In this document: piece after piece, positions 50,233 through 63,735 of the stretch
Layout: each line of letters starts with the position of its first letter
Position numbering within the stretch: position 1 is the first letter of the stretch
Source of the DNA: Takakia lepidozioides
Lineage: Eukaryota; Plantae; Bryophyta
Length of the DNA stretch: 64,000 nucleotides
Assembly: GCA_030704615.1 (NCBI GenBank)
Contig: CM060732.1
Span: 36,704,001-36,768,000, forward strand
Reading direction: 5' to 3'
Position numbers and translations under genes: made by a program
Notes under the pieces: generated by a model
Databases searched by the model: none
What the model saw: the letters and a program-made list of their open reading frames with translations, nothing else
Told to the model about the DNA's origin: nothing

Positions 50233-53109
50233 AATGAAGGCAGGCAACTCCACCACCTAGGGAGTATCCTTGGATCCATACTGGGGTGAATTCATGGCTT
50301 TGTAGGATTGGTATCCACCGCCGGGCCAAAAGCTTGCCAAAGCGCAAGTACGCAGTCGAGATTAAATCAGGCTGAAAACATTGCGGAAGCCAGATACTAA
50401 TGTTCCACACAATGTAACTAACATGATGAAGTCATTCCCAACGCATGTTTCCAGTACAGGGTCCAGTACTGTTTCCAGCAGTACCGTTCTCGTCTTCATT
50501 TCTGCCTTCCCTTCAAAAAAACTTGATATTTTCTTAGTTCTATGCAGTCAAGATTGCAATATGTATTGTTTTAGTTCCCACATTTTTGTGGTGAGGCATA
50601 TTAAAAGACAATCGATATTGAGTCATGAAGCAGACACAAATTTGCATTAGCAGTATATGGCTAAAGGTCCCCAATATAACAGTAGCCAATATCTCATTTT
50701 GAAGGGAATAGCATGCATACTAGAATCGCGCACGGCTCGTATTGCCTGCCATCCAATCACCACCCAAACCCCAAATTTGTCAAAATGAAAACCAAAATGT
50801 GACCCTTCATTAACCTCTCTTTGTCTGCCCTCCCCAAACAGATCGATTAGGTGCTGTTCTCTGCTACTGCCAATACTGAGATACCAAATCTATCTATAGT
50901 AAATAAGAGATGAAGAGATATGACTTAAACATGGAAAAGGTTGACCAGGATACTTTCTAGACACAACAATAAGTATCATAACAGGTGGAGACGCCGGTCA
51001 GCGGCGGGCGGCACATCCCACGGTCCACCCTTGCTGCTAACCAGAGATGAGTGACCAAGCACAGAAAGCTTCTGAGAACAAGAATGGAACTGGAGAAGCA
51101 GAATCCTGGGCAGCAACTACTACTTATCCACATACCCTCTCTAATTGTGTAATTTTCATTTTTTGCAGAGGAAGGGCCATGAGCTATAATAGAGGCAGGT
51201 CTCGGGCTTTGTTCTGTGTGTGGTTCTGCCTCATCCCACTGGTACTGCAACTAGACACACACAAACTCTTCTCTCTCTCCCTCACTTTGACATATTTATC
51301 TCTGTAGAAAGACACTTGCAAGTAAATATGAGCCCTCTCACATGGCCTGTGCACATGGGCTCCTGCATCACATTCTGGTTAGACTCTATACATGCAAAGA
51401 CACATACCTCATCAAGGTATGGCAGTGGTTGGTGTAGAGAAATTAACATGCAATGATGAGTCCAGTGCGCCCTGAATATCACAACCAGGACGTTCCATCA
51501 GTCGTTAATGCGAAGAACCTCTGGACAAATCATGTATGCATACTTGCCTTGCTGCTAGCAGCTGACAATGACAGCCGAGGTTTGTTGTAGCAAACACCCA
51601 AACCCTAGGTCTGCATCTATAATTCTTGCAAGTGAACAGTTGCCATCCCCATCTCATCTGCATGGATCTTCCAACTAGACCATTACTGAACCATGCTGCT
51701 GCTGTCTTCATTTAGAGGGACAAAACAGCTACACTAGTTTCGTCTGAACTGTCCATGTCTCAAAAGTCAAACACATTATCAAGTATGGAAGTCGTGAATG
51801 CATGAGACTGTAGTAAGAATCGCTACAACAGAGCTCCTTTATGTCAATCCTGTCATACAATCATGATGTTTCCTCCCCTGGGCCTGCCGTATTCAATTCA
51901 TCTTTCTCCTCCACATCCTGTAGATCTCTGATAATCTGCTTTCACGCGGAAAAAATATATCTGAATAACTTGCGAGTACCTGCGTCTCTGTCCACTCTCC
52001 TCTCCACCAGAAGAAGCCCCAAATCTCTCTAAAAGCTTAATCCTCAACTCGCACTCTGCAGTAAGATAACAACCCTAACTTGGTAGGGGCTGCTTTTTCC
52101 TTCGGCAAGTTTCTAAGAGAGAAATGCAACTTACATTCCAGTCAATCAATGTCAAGTAGGAGCTTGTCGTCGAGCCGCCGTACCTCCCGCACCAGATTCG
52201 TTAGTTAGCAGAGACTACGCCTCCGAGTACTCCTTGCTTTCCATCAAAAGAGCTGCTAGTCGGGCTTCCACTCTCTGTCGCATGTACATCCGTTTCTCAG
52301 TTCGTGTCCAATCGACCATTCCCGACATAGCGAGATCTGCAGTGTTGACGTCCCTGGGATCTTGGCTACGGCATCAATTATCCCTCTCACTTAATGTTAG
52401 AGGTTTTAGCCTTGGGAATCAGGCTGAACTATTTTACCACGTAGGCTACCCCACATGCTTTAAGGTCACTTTGAAAGAGTCTTGCAGTTGGGAGGAGGTG
52501 GACGAAGCCATGGCAGGCAGGTGCATAACCTTGGCTCTTCTCAAGTCACGCCTGCTATCCCGCTCGCAAGTAAGTACGAACTCAAGTTCTAGTTCTATTT
52601 TTGTTCTCATTTACTCTGCCTTCAATTCCTCATCACCTTGTCCTGATCAACTGGAGTGCCTTACTTTCCGACGTGCATACTGCGGATTGCCCACCCAATA
52701 TCTCTAGATGACAGAACTTTAAACAACCACCACAGTAACTGTCGTATCTCATAGTCCTCTAGAGTTGGGCATAAATGGTTGCAGTCTGAAGTGATAAGAG
52801 GGAAAAATGGGGTTGCTCGTGGAGGCATGGACTGCCAGAGGCAGAAAACAGAGTAACAGAAATTCTTCCAATGTGCAGGTCCACCCAGGTGGAAGGCAGA
52901 GCATGGAGCTATCCCTTAGAGCATTTTCAAGTCCATCGATTATGACCAATGGTATGTCACTTGTCCTTAGCTGTCAGGCAATTTTCTTTCTGACGTCAAG
53001 TCCCATTAGTGGATGGTATAGAGTAGATATTTTTTGCTCTTCTCCTGATCAGCTTCTCCTCTCCTCCCTTTTGCTGTTCCGTCCAAATGGATATCCATCA
53101 CCATTCCTG

Positions 53110-53345
53110 CACTTGATTTTGCAATGCGTGCGCGAGTGTAGGAGCTCTGGAAAAGGGGAAGCAGATCCATATGCTGATATCAAGAAAACTGGAATTGTTT
53201 CAGATGTAAATCTTGAGACAACCCTTGTTGACATGTATGCCAAATGTGGGAGTATGAAGGATGCATGTGAAGTGTTCGACAGGATGCCTAAACGAGATGT
53301 TGTTTCATGGAATGTGATGATTGCAGGGTTTGCTCAATATGGTGA
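53110..53345 (+). pseudogene. Short PLS PPR fragment
   Basis: [55 protein letters not shown]. Confidence 0.88.
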
Positions 53346-53547
53346 ATGCAGATTAGAAACCTTACGTGAGTACTGACATCACATGAGAAAAGCAAATCTC
53401 CTACCCAAGTGATCAATCCATCCAAAAGTCTGTACTAAGGATTTGGTAGCATGGTGACAGTTGTGATTAAGAAACATAGCTTGAATAGTTTCCAGCACTT
53501 TGGCAAGAAGCATTTCATCAGAAGGACTTAGAAGGTTGTTGATGCAG

Positions 53548-55528
53548 TTGCCACGATTGTATAAGGTGTACAAGGAGATGGGCATTGTGACATCTTTCCA
53601 GACAATTTTGGACAACGTGTTTATCCCTCTCTTTGGGGTCACCGATGATCCAGCCTCTCACCCTCAGCTCCATGTTTTCCTTGAGCAGGTGACCAATCTC
53701 ACTCAACCAGCCAGCTACACACTTTCTCCTTTTGACTTCACGTTATCACTTATGATTCTGGTTCTCTGAGAGATTATTCTCTGATGCTGTGGCCTTGACT
53801 AGGAGATAAAACCAGTGGCGCACTTGCTGCAGTGACAAATAGAAGTGGTAGATGATCTGCTTAGGAACCTTCACCCCTCTTTTAAGATCAAAATTTCTCT
53901 TGAGGTCTAGAAGCTGGATGACTAAGAAAAGAGTAAACGGGGTTTCTGTTCAAGGGGCTTTGTGAGGGCCAGGGTTCGAGGTAAATTGTGCATCATATGT
54001 GCTCACATTGCAGTTGCCGACAGTGTGTACTGTGACTCACAGGTGGTGGGGTTTGATATGGTGGATGACGAGAGTAAGCCTGAAAGACGGCCAACGAAGC
54101 ATATGCAGACGCCTGAACAGTGGAACAACCCCTTCAACCCGGCATATTCATATTGGGCATATTATGTCTATGCCAATCTCTATGTCCTTAACAAGGTACT
54201 TTCTTGTGTTTGGGAGGGGGGGGGGGGGGGGGGGGTTTGTCACTGCTGGCCAGATCTGAATCTTAGTGTTTGGTGTTCTACGTGGCTACATGAAGTTCTT
54301 GTTTCTCTGTTCATTTAGATGGGCTCAACCACTGGAAGATGGGGGCGTTGTACATTTTGTTTTCTATATGGTTCGTTTTGAACAACTGACACCAGATATC
54401 ACTTCAATTGAAGTTCCACGTACTGGGCATCTGTGTTAGGTCCTTGGGCTACTGTAGTGGTCCTGAATTTGCTTTGAGAAGGACGGCAATTGTAGTCTTC
54501 AAATGAATGTTCAACTTCCTGTAACAGGGTCATTGTCAACTGAGTGTGAGTGCTTGGCAATGTGGGGCGGGTTTCAGCCCTGGTGGGTTGAAGTCTCACA
54601 ACTGGCACCAGGAGTTATATCACAATAGTACCATGATCTCCAGGGTTACAGCCAATGTTCAAAGGAACACTACCCATTGCTCACTGATATAATTGGAATG
54701 ATTTTTAATCTCAAGTTCTTTTACCAAGAAGTGCTGAATTGGTGTATGTCTTCTTCATCTTTCCCCTTTTGTTTTTGTTGTATTGTTTCTCATCCCTTAC
54801 CAGATTCTTCAGAGGAGTATTCACCAAGGAAGGTAATGGTAGACTTGCCAGTGAGAGCCAAGACTGAGTGAACATTACCACTGAGTTGTACTGTAATCGC
54901 TGTGCAGCTGGGCGAGTCCAAAGGAATGACCACCATCAAGTTTCGGCCACACTCGGGCGAGGTAGACAATTTGTGAAACTAGCAATTGTCATACTGCTTT
55001 CACCTAATCAGTCTTGATTCCCTTCTTGCCAAAACAGGGGATCTTCATTCTGCTATTTCTGCTACAAGTTCCTGTTTTAATACTCTTACGTGGATGAGTA
55101 GGCGGGAGATCTCAACCATCTGGCCGCCACCTTTCTGTTGGCACATAGCATAGCCCATGGAAATAATCTCTGCAAGTCTCCTGGACTCCAGTACCTATAC
55201 TACCTTGCACAGGTCTTACCTTCCTCCCTCCCTATTTTAAAGCCATTTCCATTTCGTTTCTGGGTGTTGTCATTATGTGAAGTCGATTTTAGTATTTTAG
55301 TTGCTCTCTCCTGTCTTGCCATCTGTACATTTCAAGCATTCCTGATCCAGTGCCAATCCAATGGACCTTGTGCCATTTCTACAGAACTCGCTCTTTTTGG
55401 ACTACCATCGCAACCCTTTTCCCATGTTCTTTGCAAGGGGCCTCAATGTGTCTCTCTCCACCGATGACCCGCTCCAAATTGATCTTACTAAGGAACCTCT
55501 TGTAGAAGAGTACAGCATTGCCACCCAG
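53548..55528 (+). pseudogene. AMPD: AMP deaminase internal fragment with introns; exons about 53548-53688, 54043-54195, 54908-54961, 55102-55212, 55385-55528
   Basis: LPRLY...IPLF...[46 protein letters not shown]...[10 protein letters not shown]...EPLVEEY. Both termini and the IGLAMSPLS segment are absent, and conserved residues are changed. Confidence 0.9.
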
Positions 55529-56019
55529 GTATTACATCCTAAACTTTGGTGGTATTGTATATTTGTAATGTATGGAATGGAGAATTACCCTAAACTAATT
55601 CTTGTTCACATGTGAAATGGCTGGTATGCATGGTCATGCAAATCCATGGCAATTCTCTTGAAAGAGTTGGGACTCCATTCTAGTGACAGCACAACATTTT
55701 GTCAATCTCTCCATGCTATTTTCAATTGTTTAGTAGCTTAAAGAAGATATGTTAAGTATGTACAGCCAACAGGGGCCTTCTTGACTGTCAGACTCTGAAG
55801 ACCCCACTGTCTACCTCCCAAGTTTCAGCTTTATAATGTTGGGTGTCTATCTGCTTATGGTACATTACGCGACATTAAGTCCATATATACCATATATACC
55901 ATTAACACTGCATCTATACATTCTCCATCAAGACTATAAATAGATTCTTCATCAAGACTATAAATGGACCTGAGGGACTCATCTTGTCATTAATTTCTCA
56001 CAAGCTTTCGTGCAATGGC

Positions 56020-56592
56020 CTCTCTCATGTCTCACAAGGAAGCGATGGAAGCTAAACTGCGCTGGCATGCCCCCTGTAAGTTCTCGGGTAATGGACTCTG
56101 TCATGTCTCACAAGGAAGCGATGGAGGCTAAGCTGCGCGTGGAGGCTCTTTTGGCGCGTCGACGTTCCTTGGGAGCTCACAAGGCTTCTAGGGTAGTTGG
56201 TGACGTCAAGAGACAATCCAATAAGGACGCAGGAGCTAAGCTGTTCTTAAAGGCTCTCTTGCCGGGTTCCAATTCCTCAGGAGCTCACAAGGCCTCCAGG
56301 GAATTTGGAGAAATCAAGATAAAGTCGAAGAAGAACGCAGCTAAGCTGTTCTTAAAGTCTCTTCTGGCGTGGGTGGGTCCAAAGGACCCTTATTGTTTTT
56401 TTTTTTTTGGTTTGCAAAGCCCTTATGGGGTCACTGGAGCATGAGGTGTTGACTTCAAGTGCCCAACCTGCCCCGTAGATGTTCTCTTGACTTCTCCAAA
56501 TTCCACCGAGGCCTTGTGAGCTCCGGAGGAAGTAGAACCCGCCAAAAGAGACTTTAAGAACAGTTTAGCTGCGTTTTTCTTCGACTTTTCAA
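56020..56592. repeat. Tandem coding-like repeat (unit about 110 bp) with an inverted copy at about 56485-56590
   Basis: ggagctcacaaggc...gctaagctgttcttaaag occurs twice on +, and ctttaagaacagtttagctgcg / ggccttgtgagctcc occur downstream as reverse complement. Confidence 0.8.
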
Positions 56593-57154
56593 TTGAAGCT
56601 ACAGTGGTCTGGGACTCTGTCTACTATGTACGAATTACAGAGTGTGGATATGAATATGAGCAGACACATGCATTTCAACCTGTTTTGCCCCTCTCCATGC
56701 GGATTCTGGCCAATGCTACTTGTCTCCAGCTGGTTTATAGGTGTGCCTACATTCCTACATTGGACTTACCTTGAACAGGTCAGACGAGGGTTTAAGGGAT
56801 TGAATATGGACTGGTATCTCAACCCTCTGAAGGAACAAGGATATTATAGAATGATTGTTGGGCCGCAGAGTGCACAAAATGCAGTGCATTCCATTGGAAT
56901 AATGATAAGTCCTTCACCCATAAGCCAACCTCTGGTTAGGAGATATCCACTTCGAAGGTCATTTACATTGTGGCCAAGGAAATTTTGAGGCCCAAGTTTG
57001 TGGTGTGGTCTGTAAGTGCCCAGTTTCACATGTCATTTACACTATTTTAACAGGTCTCATCAAACAATATGACACACCTGTAGGTGGAGCTATAAGCACC
57101 CCTCTCAGCATTGGTTTTCAGGTACTGGTCCAGCGAAATCTAAAGTGCGCATGA

Positions 57155-59880
57155 TTGCCAGTGTTGAACAGATTGGTTCCATTGGTAGGCTACAGAGCGA
57201 CACTTGCTATCTCAGGATACCTCATCACCAACTTGAGTTTTGTCTTGGCTGCGTTCTATCTTCATAAGCTGGCATTGTACGTCCTGGAGGATGAACATCA
57301 AGCATGGTGGGCTACAGTTCTCTTCTGCTTCAACCCGGCCTCTGTCTTCTACTCTATAATGTATCCTTTTGCGTTGTGCTTTTTGACCCCCCTATCATCA
57401 AGCAAGGTGAAAAAATATCAGATAGATAGAAAGGTCGTGTTCCTCCTCTTTCCTAGTCTGTAACCCTTCCACTTCCCACCCCACTTGCATGTTGTAGCCA
57501 GGTGCCTTTCATTTCCAAGGGCCATGCCACTCTTGTACTAGGACCAACCATACAACTGAGTAGGGAAACTGGGTGACTAGCCCCAAATCCAGACTTATGC
57601 AGGAATCTAGATATCCTGACGTAAGATAATTTTCTAATTTACAACGGAGCTCCTATGATATTGAGCAGTAAGATGGATCCTAGTAGAGATGAAGCAATTC
57701 CTGACGGGCCAACGGATACTGAGAGAGCCTCTTCTTGTTATTATTGTTTGCTGGCCTTTGGCTGTTTGTGGTGGGGGCAAAGTGGAAGGCTGTAATTTTA
57801 TTTGGGCTGTCAAGTGGGGTGCGCTCAAATGGCGTGCTGCACTCCGGCTTCTTCCTTGTCCAGACGATGCACCTCTCTTTCCAAGCAGTATCTCGCCAAG
57901 GCAGGCCACTGGTAACCATCTCCAACCCAACATGTATCTTCTTTCCCCCCATCATATATCTCATCTATCCTATGGTATTTAAAATATTGTAAACAGGACT
58001 GGGCAGGGGAAGGGGCAAACTTATTCACCCAGTTGCAGATTTCTTGCTCAAACTCATGCAATTGTTGGATATGAGATCTGTCAATACCAAATATAGGCTT
58101 CTGTTTTTTTTGTCTCTTTATTGGCTGTGAAAGTTGCAGTTTGTCAGTAAGCATCACGAAACAGGTGATATCATAGGGTGGAAAAATGAGCCTCATGCTC
58201 ACCTTCTCTGTCATAACAAGAGTGTCCGAACCACTCTAGTACTTTACTGTAAGCAGAGCCCTTTGTGGATATAAACCTCAAATGAACTTAAAGAAGAACT
58301 TACAGTGCCACCATGGTATGAAAACAGCTGTCTTAATAATGGTAGTGGGATGTAAATCTGTTGATCTAGACATGACTATGTTACTCATGCCAATTGGAAA
58401 GAACTTAAGAATTCCTTGCACAGGTGGCTGTGCTTGCAGTGGTCATGGCAATCGTGCAATGTCTGGGAGTGGTTGCGCCGTTTGTTGCATTCCAAAGTTA
58501 TGGCTACTCGCAGCTGTGTCTCAGGTCAGCTGCTGAAGGGGAGGCGACTGTCCGCCGGTGGTGCCATGCAAGAGTGCTTTACCTTTACAGATTTGTTCAA
58601 AGCCACTACTGGTGTGTTTGTCCTAGCAAACTTGGTATCATATTTTGAGTGTCTGTTGATGTGCTCACATTTGCGTGTTGGGGGGAAGGGAAAGAATGCA
58701 CTCAAAAGACGCTTTTGCATACACAGCTGCTTTAAGAAGATAATGATCTGTCCAGGTGGCACCTTGCCATATTGTTGGAGACAGATGGGTACAATTTGCG
58801 AGATGTATTTTAACGGTGACTGGATCTTGTCTTCCTCCTGTGGTAGGACCGTAGGCCTCCTTCGTTATTTTGAAGCAAAGCAGATTCCCAATTTCATACT
58901 GGCATCCCCCATGCTAGTTCTTGCAGTCTGTACATCATATGCGCAGAGACAGAACCAACTGCTCTTCTCCCTAGGGTTCAAGTCCACTCCAACACAGTGG
59001 CGGAAACTCACATTGTTGCCACCCTTGGACCGGAAGTTTGTGATGAATCTCGACGGACTTCCATGGTAATATCATCCAGACATTCACCCAATGACATGTG
59101 CTGTTGTGGGTTGGCTGTGGCCACATGGTCACGTCTGTGTCAAAATACATCACATCACCTCGTTGAAGGACCTGTAAATAATTAAATACCACATTCCAGT
59201 TGAAATGTTTGATTTGTTGTGGCTTTTAGAAGATAACACTGGAGCTTTTGCAGCTGCTGGTTATCACCTGCTTATTCCTACAGTCTTTTGGTTTTGTCCC
59301 TACTTGCAGCAAAAACGCTTCCTTGAGCTTCCCACTTGATATCGAGGTCTTTCAGTCAGCAGTGAAAAGGAGTTTTACCATATCATTTGTTCCAACCGGA
59401 TGGAATTAAAATTCATGTCCCCAAAGTAAACTTAGATGAAGGACTCCTTTGACTTATACATAGATAGTACTGGTGTGGGTTCTAGCTTCGACAAAGGGGA
59501 GGCAGGAAATTGGGATCTGATGTGTCCAAAGAACAAGAAATGTTCTTTGCACCAGCAACCATTGCTTTTGGATTCAGCTGGCAGTTATGGCATCAGTTGC
59601 GAGTGTCGCCATGCACGTGCAGGTGGGTTAGTGTTGTAAAATAAATGTGTGAATGAGAGAGGGTTGGGGGGCAATTTGTGTAGGTTTATGTTGATCATTT
59701 TTGCATGTATTCACCTGATGGTTGTTATGTAATTGCAGGTAGCGCCAAGGTTTTTGTCTGTGAGCCCTGTCATATACTGGTATGCAGCACATTTGATGGA
59801 GGTATTCATGTGTGGGCAGCAGGTTGGCCGCCTCATTTGGACAGTGTTCTTCAGCTACATAGGCCTTGGCTTCCCTGTTG
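57155..59880 (+). pseudogene. PIGV: GPI mannosyltransferase 2 (PIG-V/GPI18) fragment with introns
   Basis: LFCFNPASVF, Y*ESLF (TGA at 57720-57722 in YSES), RSNG, YRFVQSHYW, VGLLRYF..KQIPNFILASP, MHVQ|VAPRFLS.SPVIYW. N-terminus is absent. Confidence 0.88.
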
Positions 59881-61099
59881 TTCATCAATTTCTACCCTTT
59901 CACATGATTTAATTATTGGTAGGAAGGCGTCTCTCTTGAGCAATAGTACCCAATACCCCCTTCTGGGACAGGTATATGCTCTCCTCTCTCTCGTGGTAGT
60001 TCTCCTATATTGTATAGTGATACATCTTTGCAACTGTGGGTATGCTCCAAAGACCTTGGTACCTTCTTGATAAACTTGTGGACCTGTTGCACTCCACCAT
60101 TTTTTCCTCCCAATGTGGCAAACTGCTATGGAGGACTGCTGTAAATTTTCTTGGAGAGAGATTATAAAGCTTGTGAGCATGCACATCCCCTGCAATTCAT
60201 TCAAGAAGAAAAGGATTGAGCCCTTGACTTGAAATTAGTTATTACAATATTTAGAAGTGAGGCGCATATCCCTGAAGTTGATCACAGGACTAAAACCCAC
60301 CCTTGCATCTCTGAGAAATCAGCTGTGATGCCATTCTCAATGGTAAATGTTCTAATACCTTCAACAATATCCATGGGAAGTTCAGAGACTTCAAGGAAGG
60401 TGAGAAGTTGACAGCTGCAACCATGGACTTGAAATGTCCAAAAGTCTACACCTCCTGTGCTGGATAACCAATACCTTACAATGAAGATAGACATAACTTA
60501 TACACATAGATGCACCTTGGGTCTACCTGTTAAGGTCCGGAGCCATTGAAGCAACGCCTCCTTTCCGGAATGTGAAGAGAGAGCCTTCAACAGAGGTCCT
60601 ATCAGCCTCCTGACTGGGTTCTCACCCATCCAAAGGACATAAGATCTGGAGCAAGTAAGGCTGGAAATGTCATTGCGATGACTGATTATGACAGGCTCTT
60701 ATTTGGCAATTTAAACAACTTGTATTAACACTACAAACCATGTCCCCCTGCTCTCACACAAGCATAAAAAGAGAGGTGAGCATCATACAAGCATGCTGGA
60801 GGTGAGACCTGGGTCATCAGCTTCTTACAAATAGTTGCAATACTGTTCTTGTTGACAGACACAAAAACAAACAAAGACTTTGCCAATAGTCAATTAATCT
60901 GGTAGTTCCAGCAATAGTTGATAACCACTGTGCTGAGAGTACCTCGGCACTACTCCACAAAGACTAAGATGAAATGTAATGCTCTTAGCACAAAAGCGCT
61001 CAATCACTCCATGAATTGGTGTTCTTCTCAGCTTTGGCCATCGCCTTCAAGAAGAAGAAGAAGAGAATAAACTCATAACGGTGGCTAACAGAAAATGCT

Positions 61100-61612
61100 G
61101 CTAGGGAAGCCAATACTTTGGATGGATTTCAGGATCTGGATGGCCGTTATCCCCAATTCCTGGGTAAGTATGGATGGATGTGAGCTGAAATGTTCGTGAG
61201 ACTCGACACATTCATCCTAGGTTGCGGGGATGAACTGTCCTTGGATGTATGCGTATACCTATGGATGAATCCCCAGCTTTCTGGGATAAATGAGAATGTT
61301 CAATTAGGATGACCCAATTTTGCTGCGTCGGAGGAATGATTCCCGGATGGATGTGGCCGTACATCCTACTTTCGGATTGGAGCTTGGTACTCACAAAGAG
61401 GGAGCAGCTTTTCATTCATCCGAGGTTGTGCGATGATGTATGATGACTACCATCCCCTACTTTGGATGGAAGCTGTTCGTTAATATATCCAAGGATAACT
61501 TGATGAAGCTGTAAATCCATGACTGTGGATGGACGTATCCAACATTCATCCAATTTGTTCATATATCCAAGTCCACATTCATCCTACAGTGCTCACCTTT
61601 AGGGATGAATCT
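61100..61612. repeat. GGATG/CATCC-dense segment, probably a transposon subterminal region
   Basis: Many GGATG and CATCC motifs in both orientations; a similar patch lies at 26378-26570. Confidence 0.5.
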
Positions 61613-61637
61613 GCATGGGCACAAATGCATGTTGTTA

Positions 61638-61642
61638 TTTTC

Positions 61643-61676
<34 letters not shown>

Positions 61677-61722
61677 AAAGGGAAATACATGGGAGCGACA
61701 GCTCACAAATCAGGCCACTTAG
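61638..61722 (-). mobile_element. 3' end of a poly(A)-tailed retroelement sharing its tail with the SINE at 34160
   Basis: T-rich tract followed by ggaaatacatgggagcgacagctcacaaatcaggccacttag. Confidence 0.7.
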
Positions 61723-63735
61723 TTATAAGGTAGTGGTATCTAGAAGTGTGCATTTAAGCAGTGTGCCATGCTCCAAAGGTGTGGTGTCCACAAAAAATAC
61801 ATGAGCAGAATAGCAAATGAAGCAACAATCTCTTGTGTAAAGCAGTTTCCAATCACTGATGTATCGAATTATCAATTGAAATGAATTATGAAAGTCAAAG
61901 TACATATTATCCCACATCTACTCAGTAGGTCCCTCATGTAATGCCATACATTCTTCCTTGATATGTGCGTAAAGGTGCCATGAGTGCACAAGGCTACACC
62001 TTTCCCCAAAAAATTACCAAAACCAGGCCATGTGTGGCCCAGAAGTACCTACCTCCCAACGGTGAAATCGGTGCATCTATCTATGGAAGGACCCAAACCT
62101 TTCCTTGCATCACAACTTGTGAGTAGCTGTTAGCATAAGACACTTCCTGTTTATATATAGATCTGCCAGCGGGGTTCATCCATACTTTCCCCAACGGCCA
62201 TTCATCTACCTTTTCCGTTCATGCAGATGTGGAAAAAGCAAGCAGAGGGGATCTAGCCATTACAGGGAGATTTTGATATGAAGTTTTTAATGCGAATGTG
62301 TATTTCATGTGCTCAATAGACTGTATGCTATGTACTTGAAATACCAGTACGTATTTGTGTACCCCTTACTCAGCAACTATGATTTCACCAACATAACATT
62401 GTTCACTGTTCAGATGATTACTGCAATTTGTAGTATTGAGCCTGAGATGGAGCAATATGTAGAGTCTAGACTCTAGTTGTGTGCTCACTCTTTTTGGTGA
62501 AACACCCCTGAGCTTGAATCAAATGAAGGTGGATGACAAAAACCAAAACTACAGTAGTCTTCCTATTTGAGTGCGTGTCCAATCATGTAAAGACATCTTC
62601 AGATTGAATTGAAGTGAATAAAACCAACTATGAGTAAAATTTTCTATAAGTAGCATAGTGAAGGCTCCAAGGGCCCAAGTTGTCTACTTTCATCTGGGAC
62701 AAGCAGAGGGGGTGATTCCCATATTCACTACACTAAAATCATTTTATGTGTAGGGTAAGCCTCCGAGTGGAGGAGCTTACAGGAATGAGCCCCATCACGA
62801 GGCGTTAGTCGAGTGGCGGGGCGAATGTAGGTAAGCCCCGACACGAGGAGGCTTACCGAGTGTGAAGAACGTACTACTATGTCAACATGCTTGTAATCCA
62901 CGCACCAGGCTGGCAAGTGGATTACAACCTCCCCTAAAACACGTGATCGAGAGAGTGTGGATTCATAGGTTTAAGCCACTCCTTTCCTTTGAGGAAAAAA
63001 TCTGAAAGTTCTTTACGGTGATTTAGTGTCAACAACACTATATCTAAACAATGACACTATTTAATTTTTTTAAGATTTAGTGTTAATATTATTTTATTAT
63101 ATAATACAATACTTTATAATATTTTAGAAATAGATCTTGATTTATCAAATATTTTTAATTTAAATAGTATTTTATAACATAAAATATATATACTATTTTA
63201 AGTGCACAAAACATAAATCATGAAAAGTATGTGTGAACAGCAGGAAACGCATTACAAAACGATTTCTGCACATTTACACATTTATAGTCGCTTACAACAA
63301 TGTTTCAAGCTGTGTCATACGAATAATGTCAAAGCTCTGACCGTTTCTTGGCCACTGGTCATTGAACACTAGAGTTCTCAATACCATCCTGCTAGTTTGT
63401 ACAATATAGATCAGTATATACAATGCATTAGAGTCCAAAAAGATTGTGGTGAAAAATTCGAGGCTACACCTTGAGATGAACACGATCATTTGTCTCCAAC
63501 AGATTGAAAACAAACCTCACAACAATGATCTCCAACACAGATCTTGTTTTTCGTAGTTTTCATGTCACACTAGGGAATCTCTGCACATCGGACAGGTTGT
63601 GTTACCCCTCATCTTCCATTGGACATCACACATTCACGGTGGAAAGCATGTTTGCATTTCACCCTGCACTGCGAAGAAGACGCGGTGAATTCTTTGTGAC
63701 AAATCGAACACTCTATAATTCCATGGAAAGCTTTC

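Noticed and set aside
55346-55362. Inverted IGLA piece of the missing AMPD segment
   Set aside because: Only about 12 nt of match, which cannot be distinguished from chance.
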